This document shows, piece after piece, positions 30,550 to 41,525 of a stretch of DNA of 64,000 nt (the stretch's first letter is position 1; the number at the start of each line of letters is the position of its first letter). The notes beneath the pieces are model-generated. The model was not told the DNA's origin, made no database searches, and saw only the letters and a list, made by a program, of their open reading frames with translations. The stretch covers positions 216,207-280,206 of the forward strand of contig JAXLQX010000004.1 in the NCBI GenBank assembly GCA_046331405.1, written 5' to 3'. The translations under genes and the position numbers were made by a program. This DNA comes from Thermoanaerobaculia bacterium (GTDB lineage Bacteria > Acidobacteriota > Thermoanaerobaculia > Multivoradales > SZUA-115).

Positions 30550-32421
30550 GTGGCCCCGACAAGCGCGCAGGCCGAGACGCGGTATCGGCTCCGGGGGCAG
30601 GTGGGATCGCGCCTGCGGACGTTCCCCCTGCAACCCGGTGAGAACACCCTCGGCTCGCTCGAGGGCAACGACATCTGTCTGCCGGTTTCCGAAGTCTCGC
30701 GCCAGCACGCGATTCTCAGGGTGGGCCGCGGAACGGTGCGGGTGGAGGACTGCAACAGTCTCAACCACGTGTTCGTCAACGGCGCGCGAGTGCAGCTGGC
30801 GCCGGTGCATCCGGGGGACGTGATCTCCTTCGGACCGGTGGCCCTGGCCCTCGAGGAGCTCGCCCCCGGGGACGATCAGCTGGCGATCCACCTGCTCGAG
30901 CCGGAGGAGCCGGCGGCCGCCGCGGAGCCGGCCCGGGTACTGCCCGGCCAGGTGACCGCAGCGCACAAGCGCCCTGGGGACGACGGGCCGATGGCCTTGC
31001 TCGAAGAGTGGCTGAGTCGGCTCACCGCGGGGCCGGTGCACGGCGTCGAGCCGCTGCTCGAGGCGCTCGCCCGCACCCTCTGGGCAGAGGGCGCGGTACT
31101 GCTCGAGGGGCCTCCCGGCCGGGAGCCGGTGGTGAGAGCGAGCCACGGAGCGCTGCGGGACCTCGGGCCGGACTCTGCCCTCGCCCGCCAGCTCGCTCAG
31201 CGCGAAGCCCGCGAGGCAGGGCCGCTTTCGACCGGCAGCCTCCAGGAGCCGGGGGAGGTGGCCTTCGCCTGCTACCGGCCAGCCGGTGGGCCGCCTCTGT
31301 GGCTGTTGGTCTTCGCGCCCTTCGAGCTCGCCTCGGCGAGCCGGATTCTCGCCTTGAGCCTCCTGCTGCTCTCCTGGGCGAGCCAGCTCGAGGTCGTCGC
31401 CGGAGGCGGGCCCGGTGAGCGGGAGCTCCCGGGCCTGCATTTGCCGGAAGGCTTCGTGCGCGGCCCGAACGCCGCCATGCGCCTTCTGCTCGAGCAGCTG
31501 CCGCACTTCGCCGAGGGCGATTCGGCGATCCTCATCCTGGGCGAAACCGGAGTGGGCAAGGAGCTGATCGCCAAGGCGGTCCACCTCTCCTCGCGCCGGG
31601 CCGCCGGGCCGTTCGTGCAGCTCAACTGCGCCACCCTCCCCGAGGGCCAGGTGGAAGCCGAGTTCTTCGGCGTGGCCAAGGGCGCGGCCACCGGCGTGGA
31701 CGCCCGCTCCGGTGTGCTCCAGGAAGCCGACGGCGGCACCCTGTTCCTGGACGAGATCGGCGAGCTGCCTCTCACGTTCCAGGCCAAGCTGCTCACCGCC
31801 CTCGACCACCAGCGCATCCGCCCCCTGGGTGGCAAGGAGATCAAGGTCAACGTGCGCATCGTGGCGGCCACCAACCAGAACCTCCTCGCCGCCATGCAGG
31901 AAGGCAAGTTCCGGCCGGATTTCTACTTCCGGCTGAGTGGCGCCGAGCTGCGGGTGCCGCCGCTGCGCGAGCGAGTCGACGACCTGCCCGCCCTGGTGAG
32001 CCACTCCCTCCGCCTCTCGGCCCTCGCCCGCCAGAAGGGACTCCGGGGCGTCACGGCCGCGGCGCTCGAGCGCCTGCGCCGCTACGGTTGGCCGGGAAAC
32101 GTCCGGCAGTTGAAGCAGCTGCTCGAGCGCCTGGTGCAGCGCTGCCCCGCGGGCGAGGCGATCGAGCTCGCGCTGGTGCGGGAGGAGATCGACTCCGCCC
32201 CGGCCATGCCGGAGCCGGCCGCCGAGCCCAACTTCGACCTCAACCTGCCACGCCGGGTGGGGGCGCTCGAGCGAGAGCTGATCCTCGCAGCCCTGGAGCG
32301 TGCAGGCGGCAGCCGCAGGCGGGCCGCCTCGATTCTCGGCATCGCCCGCAACACCTTGATGCGCAAGCTCCAGGAGCTCGCCATCGAGGCTCCGGCCGAG
32401 GTGGCTCCGGAAGCGGATTGA
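30550..32421 (+). CDS. sigma-54-dependent transcriptional activator with N-terminal FHA domain, central uncharacterised region and C-terminal Fis-type HTH
   Basis: GTG 30550 preceded by GGAGG. FHA motifs (GSLEGNDICLPVSEVSRQHAIL...NSLNHVFVNGARV). AAA+ sigma-54 interaction domain (Walker A GETGVGKE, Walker B GGTLFLDEIGE, R-finger RVPPLRER). HTH RRRAASILGIARNTLMRKLQEL. GAFTGA position reads GAATGV. Confidence 0.85.
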   Translation: MAPTSAQAETRYRLRGQVGSRLRTFPLQPGENTLGSLEGNDICLPVSEVSRQHAILRVGRGTVRVEDCNSLNHVFVNGARVQLAPVHPGDVISFGPVALALEELAPGDDQLAIHLLEPEEPAAAAEPARVLPGQVTAAHKRPGDDGPMALLEEWLSRLTAGPVHGVEPLLEALARTLWAEGAVLLEGPPGREPVVRASHGALRDLGPDSALARQLAQREAREAGPLSTGSLQEPGEVAFACYRPAGGPPLWLLVFAPFELASASRILALSLLLLSWASQLEVVAGGGPGERELPGLHLPEGFVRGPNAAMRLLLEQLPHFAEGDSAILILGETGVGKELIAKAVHLSSRRAAGPFVQLNCATLPEGQVEAEFFGVAKGAATGVDARSGVLQEADGGTLFLDEIGELPLTFQAKLLTALDHQRIRPLGGKEIKVNVRIVAATNQNLLAAMQEGKFRPDFYFRLSGAELRVPPLRERVDDLPALVSHSLRLSALARQKGLRGVTAAALERLRRYGWPGNVRQLKQLLERLVQRCPAGEAIELALVREEIDSAPAMPEPAAEPNFDLNLPRRVGALERELILAALERAGGSRRRAASILGIARNTLMRKLQELAIEAPAEVAPEAD

Positions 32422-32533
32422 CCGCTCTTTCGCCTTGGTGGGCGATGGCAAGAAAGCTCCGTTCCGAGGCCGCGCCGTGAGGAGGCACGGCCCGGCCTCG
32501 AAACGGAGGCTGGTGAAACCTCGAGCGCCCTGA

Positions 32534-33187
32534 CTAATGAACCGTCAGCGAGTCGTTTTGGAAATCGTCGGAAAGGCGGTAGTGGCTGCTGAGCTGGACC
32601 ACGCAGTCCAGGTTGCTGGCGATGTAGTGATCGAGCTCGCCGTCCTCGCGAACGTAGAGCTCCAGGGTGTCGCTCGAATTCGGATGGTCGAAGTGCACTT
32701 CCAAGACCCTGAATCGCTCCCCCCGCACCACCTGGTCTTCGAGTCGGCGAAGCTGGCAGCTGCCGCCGGGGACGCCGCGGAAGGTCTGGGTGAAGGGACT
32801 GGCGAAGTCGAAGCGCTGTACCAGGAGGAGCGGGAAGTAGAGGCCGCCCTCGAGGGCGAAGTAGACGTCCCGCCGAGGGATGGCGAAGCGGCCCTTCTCC
32901 GTGCCGGACTCGTCCGCCGCCACCACCACGGTTTCCTCTTCGGTGAAGTTGGCCATCACGGCGGTTTCGCCCACCGCGGCGATCAGGCGGCGGGGAGTCC
33001 AGTCGGCGTCCAGCCAGAAGGTGGAAGCCTGCTCCGCTTCCGGGCGGCCAAGGGTGGTTTGCCGGGCCTGCACCACGATGGTTCCGGCCTTCTTGAGCAC
33101 CGAGAACTCTTCGCAGGCGAGTCGGGCTCCGGTGCTGCGATCGGTGGCGAGGTACCAGCCGCGACTCAGGATCTGTGCTTGCTCCAT
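32534..33187 (-). CDS. hypothetical protein (217 aa)
   Basis: Clean ORF with balanced composition; no recognised motif. Confidence 0.5.
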   Translation of the reverse strand: MEQAQILSRGWYLATDRSTGARLACEEFSVLKKAGTIVVQARQTTLGRPEAEQASTFWLDADWTPRRLIAAVGETAVMANFTEEETVVVAADESGTEKGRFAIPRRDVYFALEGGLYFPLLLVQRFDFASPFTQTFRGVPGGSCQLRRLEDQVVRGERFRVLEVHFDHPNSSDTLELYVREDGELDHYIASNLDCVVQLSSHYRLSDDFQNDSLTVH

Positions 33188-33434
33188 GGCCCCCCCTTGG
33201 ATGTCGTCGGTCGTCTTCGCAGTCGTCGGTGAAGCGATGGCTCGGTGTTACAGCAAGGGTAATGCCAGGACTCCGAAGCATAGGCCACCCCCGCGGATTG
33301 GGCCTCGAGGCGTGGGGAGGTAGGCATCCGGTCCGTTCGCCGGCTGCTTGGGAAGCGTTTCCCCTGGCTCCAGATTGGAGCCAGCTGGCTTCAGCTTGGA
33401 GCCAGCCGAGCCGGCGAGGGTCGCGCCGGGTGGA

Positions 33435-34757
33435 TCAGAAGCGAGTGGGGCTGAAAGGCGTGAGGTCGAGGGGCGGGGTCTCGCCCAGGATCTGCGCCGC
33501 GAGAATCTCCCCGGTGGCGGTGCTCAAGCTCACCCCCAACATGTTGTGGCCGGCGGCCAAGTAGAGGCCCGGGATCTTGGGGGCGGGCCCGAGCAGGGGG
33601 AGGTCGTCGGGTGTCATCGGGCGCCAGCCGTACCACTCCTCCCGCGCGTTCTGGGGCACCAGGCCCGGTAAATACACCTGCGCGCCGCGCCAGAGAGCTT
33701 CCAGCCGCACGCGGTTGAGCCGGGTGTCGTAGCCGGCGAACTCCATGGTGCTGCCCACGCGGATCTGGCTGGCCCAGGGAGTGACGGCCACCTTGTGTTC
33801 CTCGAACAGCAGCGGGATGCGCGGAGCCGCCTCCGGCCGGGCCACCGTGATGGTGTAACCCTTGCCCGGCTGGATGGGAATTCGGAGACCCAACTGTTGA
33901 GAAAACCGCGGAGACCACGAGCCGAGGGCCAGGATGCCGTAGCGCCCCCGCCGGAGTCCCTTCGAGGTCGCAACCTCCAGGCCGTCCGCTGCCGCGGCGA
34001 TGCTGTGGACCTCGCAGCCCTCTTCGATTTCGCCGCCCTGCTCGCGTACCCGTCGGGCGAGCTCGACCACCAGGCGGTCCGGCCTCAGATGGGCGTCGAT
34101 GGGGAAGAAGCGGCCTCCCGCGAGGCCCTCGCACAGGGCCGGCTCGAGGCGCCGCAGCTCGCTTCCGGCCACCGCCTGGATCTCGATACCGTGCTCGGCG
34201 AGGGCGGAGTCGAAGGCCCTGCTCTCGGCGAGTCCCGCCTCGGTCTGGTAGACCATCAAGAGGCCGGCGGCGGCGAATTCGCAGTCGAGGCCCTCGCGCT
34301 CGATGAGCTCGCCCAGGAGCTGCCGCGAGAGGTTCAGCAGGGCAGCCTTGGCGGCAAGGCCGCGGGCCACGTCCCGGGGGTTGCAACGGCGGAAGAAGTC
34401 GAGTCCAAAGCGAGCGAGAGCCGGGTCCAGCCGCGGCCGCACGTAGAACGGCGAGTCCCTGCGGAACATGGAACCGAGGGCCTTCGCCACCATGCCCGGC
34501 TGGGCCAGGGGCGGGGCATGGCTGGGGGTGATCAGCCCGCAATTGGCCCAGGAGCTGCCGGCCCCCACCGTGGCCTTCTCGAGCACCGTCACGCGGGTCC
34601 CGCGCCGCAGCAGGGAGACGGCGCACGACAGGCCGATCACCCCGCCGCCGAGAATCAGAACCTCCGCCTTGCTACCCTGGCTCACGCCACCGCCTCCGCC
34701 GGGCGCCCGGTCCTCGCATTTCGTTGTCCTCTGAAGAGGGCGAGCTTCTGGTGACAC
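33435..34757 (-). CDS. FAD-dependent oxidoreductase (DAO family; D-amino-acid dehydrogenase / glycine oxidase-like)
   Basis: Rossmann dinucleotide motif VLILGGGVIGLSCAVSLLRRGTRVTVLE near the N-terminus; DAO-family length. The true start may be a GTG downstream of the annotated ATG. Confidence 0.75.
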   Translation of the reverse strand: MSPEARPLQRTTKCEDRAPGGGGGVSQGSKAEVLILGGGVIGLSCAVSLLRRGTRVTVLEKATVGAGSSWANCGLITPSHAPPLAQPGMVAKALGSMFRRDSPFYVRPRLDPALARFGLDFFRRCNPRDVARGLAAKAALLNLSRQLLGELIEREGLDCEFAAAGLLMVYQTEAGLAESRAFDSALAEHGIEIQAVAGSELRRLEPALCEGLAGGRFFPIDAHLRPDRLVVELARRVREQGGEIEEGCEVHSIAAAADGLEVATSKGLRRGRYGILALGSWSPRFSQQLGLRIPIQPGKGYTITVARPEAAPRIPLLFEEHKVAVTPWASQIRVGSTMEFAGYDTRLNRVRLEALWRGAQVYLPGLVPQNAREEWYGWRPMTPDDLPLLGPAPKIPGLYLAAGHNMLGVSLSTATGEILAAQILGETPPLDLTPFSPTRF

Positions 34758-34855
34758 TAGGACGGTTCGCCCTCCCTGTCAAAGCTCGGCCGGCCTGCTA
34801 GATCATCCACGGGCCTTCTTTGTATGCTTCGCTTGGTTTTCGGAGGGTGTCAGCC

Positions 34856-35248
34856 ATGGAGATTCAGCAGGCTCGAATCGTTCTGCGGGCCAAGGATTTC
34901 GACCGCACGACGCAGTTCTACGGGGAAACCCTGGCCCTGCCGCGGCTGTCGAGCTGGGAGCGGGAGGAGGGCCGAGGTGCCACCTTTCTCGCCGGCGCGA
35001 TGGTGATCGAGGTGCTCGGGCGTACCCGCGACGAGTTGGGCGACCTGCGCGACGAGGTGTACGACTACGAGGGCCCGGAACAGAAAATGATGGTCGCCCT
35101 GCAGGTGCCGTCGGCCCAGAAGTCCTACGAGGAGCTGCAGTTCCGCCAGAAGAACATCCCCGGCGGGCTGCGCCGGGATGTGGACGGCTCCCTGCTCTTC
35201 GAGACTCACGACCCCGACGGCGTGAAGATCCAGTTCCGCGAGAGCTAG
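34856..35248 (+). CDS. VOC-family (glyoxalase/bleomycin-resistance-like) protein
   Basis: 130 aa from MEIQQARIVLRAKDFDRTTQFYGETLAL...; beta-alpha-beta(3) VOC-like pattern; call by eye only. Confidence 0.5.
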   Translation: MEIQQARIVLRAKDFDRTTQFYGETLALPRLSSWEREEGRGATFLAGAMVIEVLGRTRDELGDLRDEVYDYEGPEQKMMVALQVPSAQKSYEELQFRQKNIPGGLRRDVDGSLLFETHDPDGVKIQFRES

Positions 35249-35476
35249 CCGGAAGGCAAGAGAGCCGGGGCCCGGAGGCCCCGAGCCCTGGGGGGAAGGG
35301 GCCCGCGCCAGGGCGCGAGCGGGGGAAGGGTGCCTGGCGAGCTGGTTGGGCCCGCAAGCCCGAGCGCGAATGCGCTCGGCCCGGGCCCGGCAAGCCGGGC
35401 CACCGGTGGTGGCCCTGGTTTCTAGAGATACGAGCCAGCTCGCCTGCCCGTTCATTCCTTGAATCGAACCCGCGCC

Positions 35477-35710
35477 ATGCCCGAAGAGCCGACTCCCCCC
35501 CTCGAGCAAGACCCCGAAGCCTGGCAGCGCCTCGGCCAGGCCCCAGGCCAGTGCCGCACCTGCCAGCACGCCCGCCTCCTCGCCTCCGCCCGCAGCACCT
35601 TCCTGCGCTGCAGCCGCTCCGACACCGACCCCCGCTTCCCCCGCTACCCCGGCCTGCCGGTGCGGGGGTGCGAGGGGTATGAGGCCTATCCCTCCTCTGA
35701 GCAGGCCTGA
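35477..35710 (+). CDS. small Cys-containing hypothetical protein (putative Zn-ribbon-like, CxxC...C...C)
   Basis: 78 aa: ...GQCRTCQHARLLASARSTFLRCSRSDTDPRFPRYPGLPVRGCEGYEAY; four Cys in a CxxC-X17-C-X21-C arrangement. Confidence 0.35.
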   Translation: MPEEPTPPLEQDPEAWQRLGQAPGQCRTCQHARLLASARSTFLRCSRSDTDPRFPRYPGLPVRGCEGYEAYPSSEQA

Positions 35711-35979
35711 GCTACGAAGGCGGAGCTCCCGAACGCCCGAGATCCGGTAGCCGCTCGAAGTCCGCGTCCTCACCCGCTTCGGGCATGGCTAGGAGAAGCT
35801 CTTTCAGCCCGCGGGGGGGCTGGGCCGCGGCCCCAGGCTGCTCAGGCAGGCCTCCGTCTTGGTCTAGGGCACTCGGATGGGCCACGGGCCCCTCCTTTCG
35901 CGAGTGAGCCAAGAATAGAACGTCTCAGGGCTGGCCCGGGCCCTCGAGGCGCCCGCTGCCCTGGTACACTCCCGCCGCC

Positions 35980-39189
<3,210 letters not shown>

Positions 39190-39294
39190 GCCAGTCCTCT
39201 GGGGGGCGGCACCCGGTAGCAGTCGGGGCCACCTTATGCTATAAAAGCATCACTCGGAAACGCTCCAGCTTCTGTTCCGACCGGAGGTTCGACC

Positions 39295-41475
39295 ATGGTA
39301 GGGCGCGCTTTCGCCTCGCTCGGTCTGTTCACTGCGCTGGCTCTCGCTCAAGCTCCGGTCGCTCGAGCCGGCGCCCGGCTGGTAAAGGACATCGACACCA
39401 CCCACCAGCCCACGGTGGTCTTCGGCTTCTTCGGCGAGCCGTATTTCTTCTACGGCTCTTTGCCGGAGCAGCTGACCGCCGTCGACGGGCGCCTCTTCTT
39501 CGCTGCGAACGATCGCGTGGCCGGCCTCGAGCTCTGGCAGAGCCAGGGCAGCGAAGGCAGCACTCGCCTGGTGGCAGACGTCTGCCCCGGCCGCTGTGAC
39601 GCCAGACCGAGGATTCTCGGTGAGTCCGGAGGCTTTCTCTACTTCTTTGCGGACGACGGCACCCATGGCTTCGAGCTCTGGCGGACCAACGGCGCCGCGG
39701 GCGGTACCAAGAGGGTGGCGGATCTCTGCCCCGGCCCCTGCGGGCAGGTGGAGTTCCTGCCGCCGACCCGGCTGGCAGCCCCACTCGCCGGCGGGCTCTA
39801 CTTTCCGGCCCGCACTGCCGTCGGTGCGGACCAGAGCCTGTGGCGCACGGACGGCACGAGCGAAGGCACCGTGCCGGTGTTCGAGCGACCGCCGGCGGGA
39901 GGGAGAGCGCTCAGCATCGATCGGCTGACGGTCGAGGCGGGGCAGCTCCTCTTCGTGGTCAACCTGGGCTCGCAAGAGGAGCTGTGGGCGAGCGATGGCC
40001 GGCCGGGAGGCGCCCGGCGAGTGTGGCAGGCCTGTGGCGGAGGCTCGGGTACCATCGCCGGCATCGCTGTCGCCCGCGGAGCCTGGTACTTCGCCGAGCA
40101 TTGCCAGGCGGGGGGCAGTGCGCTCTACCGGGTTTCCGGCGAGGACGCGCCACAGCAGCTGTTCCAGGTGGCTTCCGAGGGGCTGGCCCCGGTGACCCTC
40201 GCCCTGTCCGGGGATCGGCTGTTCTTCACGGTGTACCCGCCCCACCTCGGCCTCGCGGAGCTCTGGGTGAGCGACGGCACTCCGGGAAGCGAGCGGATGC
40301 TGCTGCGCCTGGGGTTCATCGAATGGCTGACCCCGGCCGGGAACAAGCTGGCCTTCGCCGGCACGGAGCTGGGCGTAACGCGGCTCTACGAGAGCGACGG
40401 CACGACGACCGGTACCCGAGCGGTTTCGGACCTGCCCTTGGTCTGGAGTCGGAACCTCCCGGGCGCGTTCACGCCGTCGCCGCTCGCCTTCGTGGACGGC
40501 AAGGTGCTCTTCCCGGGCTGCGGTAGCGCCGACGACTGCGAGCCCTGGAGCTACGACCCGACCACCCGAGAAACCCGACTCTTGGCCGATATCGCGCCGG
40601 GGCCGGTTCCCTCCCTGCCGGCCCAGTACGTGGCCGTGGGCGAGCAAGTGTTCTTCACGGCGACGCATCCGGAGACCGACCAGGAGCTTTGGGCTCTCGA
40701 TCGCCACGACCTCGACCCGCGCCGCTGCCAGCCGAGTGCCGAGCGGCTCTGCCTCGGGGACGGTCGCTTCAGCGCCGAGGTGCGCTTCCTGGGGCCGGCA
40801 GGCGAGGCGAGCGGCCAGGCCGTGCCGCTCTCCGGTGAAGCCGGCGCCTTCTGGTTCTTCGACCGCGAGCTGCCGGAGCTGACGGTGAAGATCCTCGACG
40901 GCCGCGACTTGAACGGTGCCTTCTGGGTGCTCTGGGGCAGCCTTTCGGATCGGGCCTACACCCTGGAAGTGACCGATCTCTCGACCGGCGCTCGCAAGCG
41001 CTTCACCAACCCGGCCGGCAACCTCTGCGGCGGGGCGGACGTGAGCGCCTTCCCGGCCGCGGGTCGAAGCCAGAGCCGCGCCGAGTTCCCGCCCGAGAGG
41101 TCGCTCTCGGGCCGCGGCTCTTCTCTGGGCTGCGCGCCGAGCTCGGAACGGCTCTGCCTGGGGGAGAACGGCACGATCGCCGTGAGCGTGACCTGGAGAG
41201 TGCCCGGCTCAGGCCTCGCCGGCACCGGCACGGTGTTCGAGGCGGGAGAGCGAGGCGGGTTCTTCTCCTTCTTCGCTCCCGGCAACCTCGAGCTGGCGGT
41301 GAAGCTGGTGGACGGCCGGGGCCTGAACGGCAAGCTGTGGTTCTTCTGGGCGGCGCTTTCGGACGTGGACTACACCCTCACCCTGGTGAACACCGAGACC
41401 GGCGAAGAGCGCCATTACACCAACCCCGCCGGCCAGCTCTGCGGCGGGGCGGACGTTCAGGCGCTCACGCCCTGA
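39295..41475 (+). CDS. secreted ELWxxDG-repeat protein with two tandem copies of a Cys-flanked ~110-aa C-terminal module
   Basis: Signal peptide MVGRAFASLGLFTALALAQAPVARA. At least 7 ELWxxDG-type repeats (ELWQSQGSEGSTRLVADVCPG, ELWRTNGAAGGTKRVADLCPG, ELWVSDGTPGSERML, ...). C-terminal modules CQPSAERLCLGDGRFSAEVRF...NPAGNLCGGADVSAF and CAPSSERLCLGENGTIAVSV...NPAGQLCGGADVQAL. Confidence 0.7.
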   Translation: MVGRAFASLGLFTALALAQAPVARAGARLVKDIDTTHQPTVVFGFFGEPYFFYGSLPEQLTAVDGRLFFAANDRVAGLELWQSQGSEGSTRLVADVCPGRCDARPRILGESGGFLYFFADDGTHGFELWRTNGAAGGTKRVADLCPGPCGQVEFLPPTRLAAPLAGGLYFPARTAVGADQSLWRTDGTSEGTVPVFERPPAGGRALSIDRLTVEAGQLLFVVNLGSQEELWASDGRPGGARRVWQACGGGSGTIAGIAVARGAWYFAEHCQAGGSALYRVSGEDAPQQLFQVASEGLAPVTLALSGDRLFFTVYPPHLGLAELWVSDGTPGSERMLLRLGFIEWLTPAGNKLAFAGTELGVTRLYESDGTTTGTRAVSDLPLVWSRNLPGAFTPSPLAFVDGKVLFPGCGSADDCEPWSYDPTTRETRLLADIAPGPVPSLPAQYVAVGEQVFFTATHPETDQELWALDRHDLDPRRCQPSAERLCLGDGRFSAEVRFLGPAGEASGQAVPLSGEAGAFWFFDRELPELTVKILDGRDLNGAFWVLWGSLSDRAYTLEVTDLSTGARKRFTNPAGNLCGGADVSAFPAAGRSQSRAEFPPERSLSGRGSSLGCAPSSERLCLGENGTIAVSVTWRVPGSGLAGTGTVFEAGERGGFFSFFAPGNLELAVKLVDGRGLNGKLWFFWAALSDVDYTLTLVNTETGEERHYTNPAGQLCGGADVQALTP

Positions 41476-41525
41476 AGAGAACCCCCCGGGGCCGAGACCC
41501 CGGGGGAATGCTGTTGCCCCGAGCG

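Noticed and set aside
35345-35430. GC-rich hairpins (CCGAGCGC-GAAT-GCGCTCGG; GGCCACC-GGT-GGTGGCC) downstream of the VOC-family gene
   Set aside because: Plausible terminator stems, but the first lacks a following T-tract; not confidently callable as terminators without folding energies.
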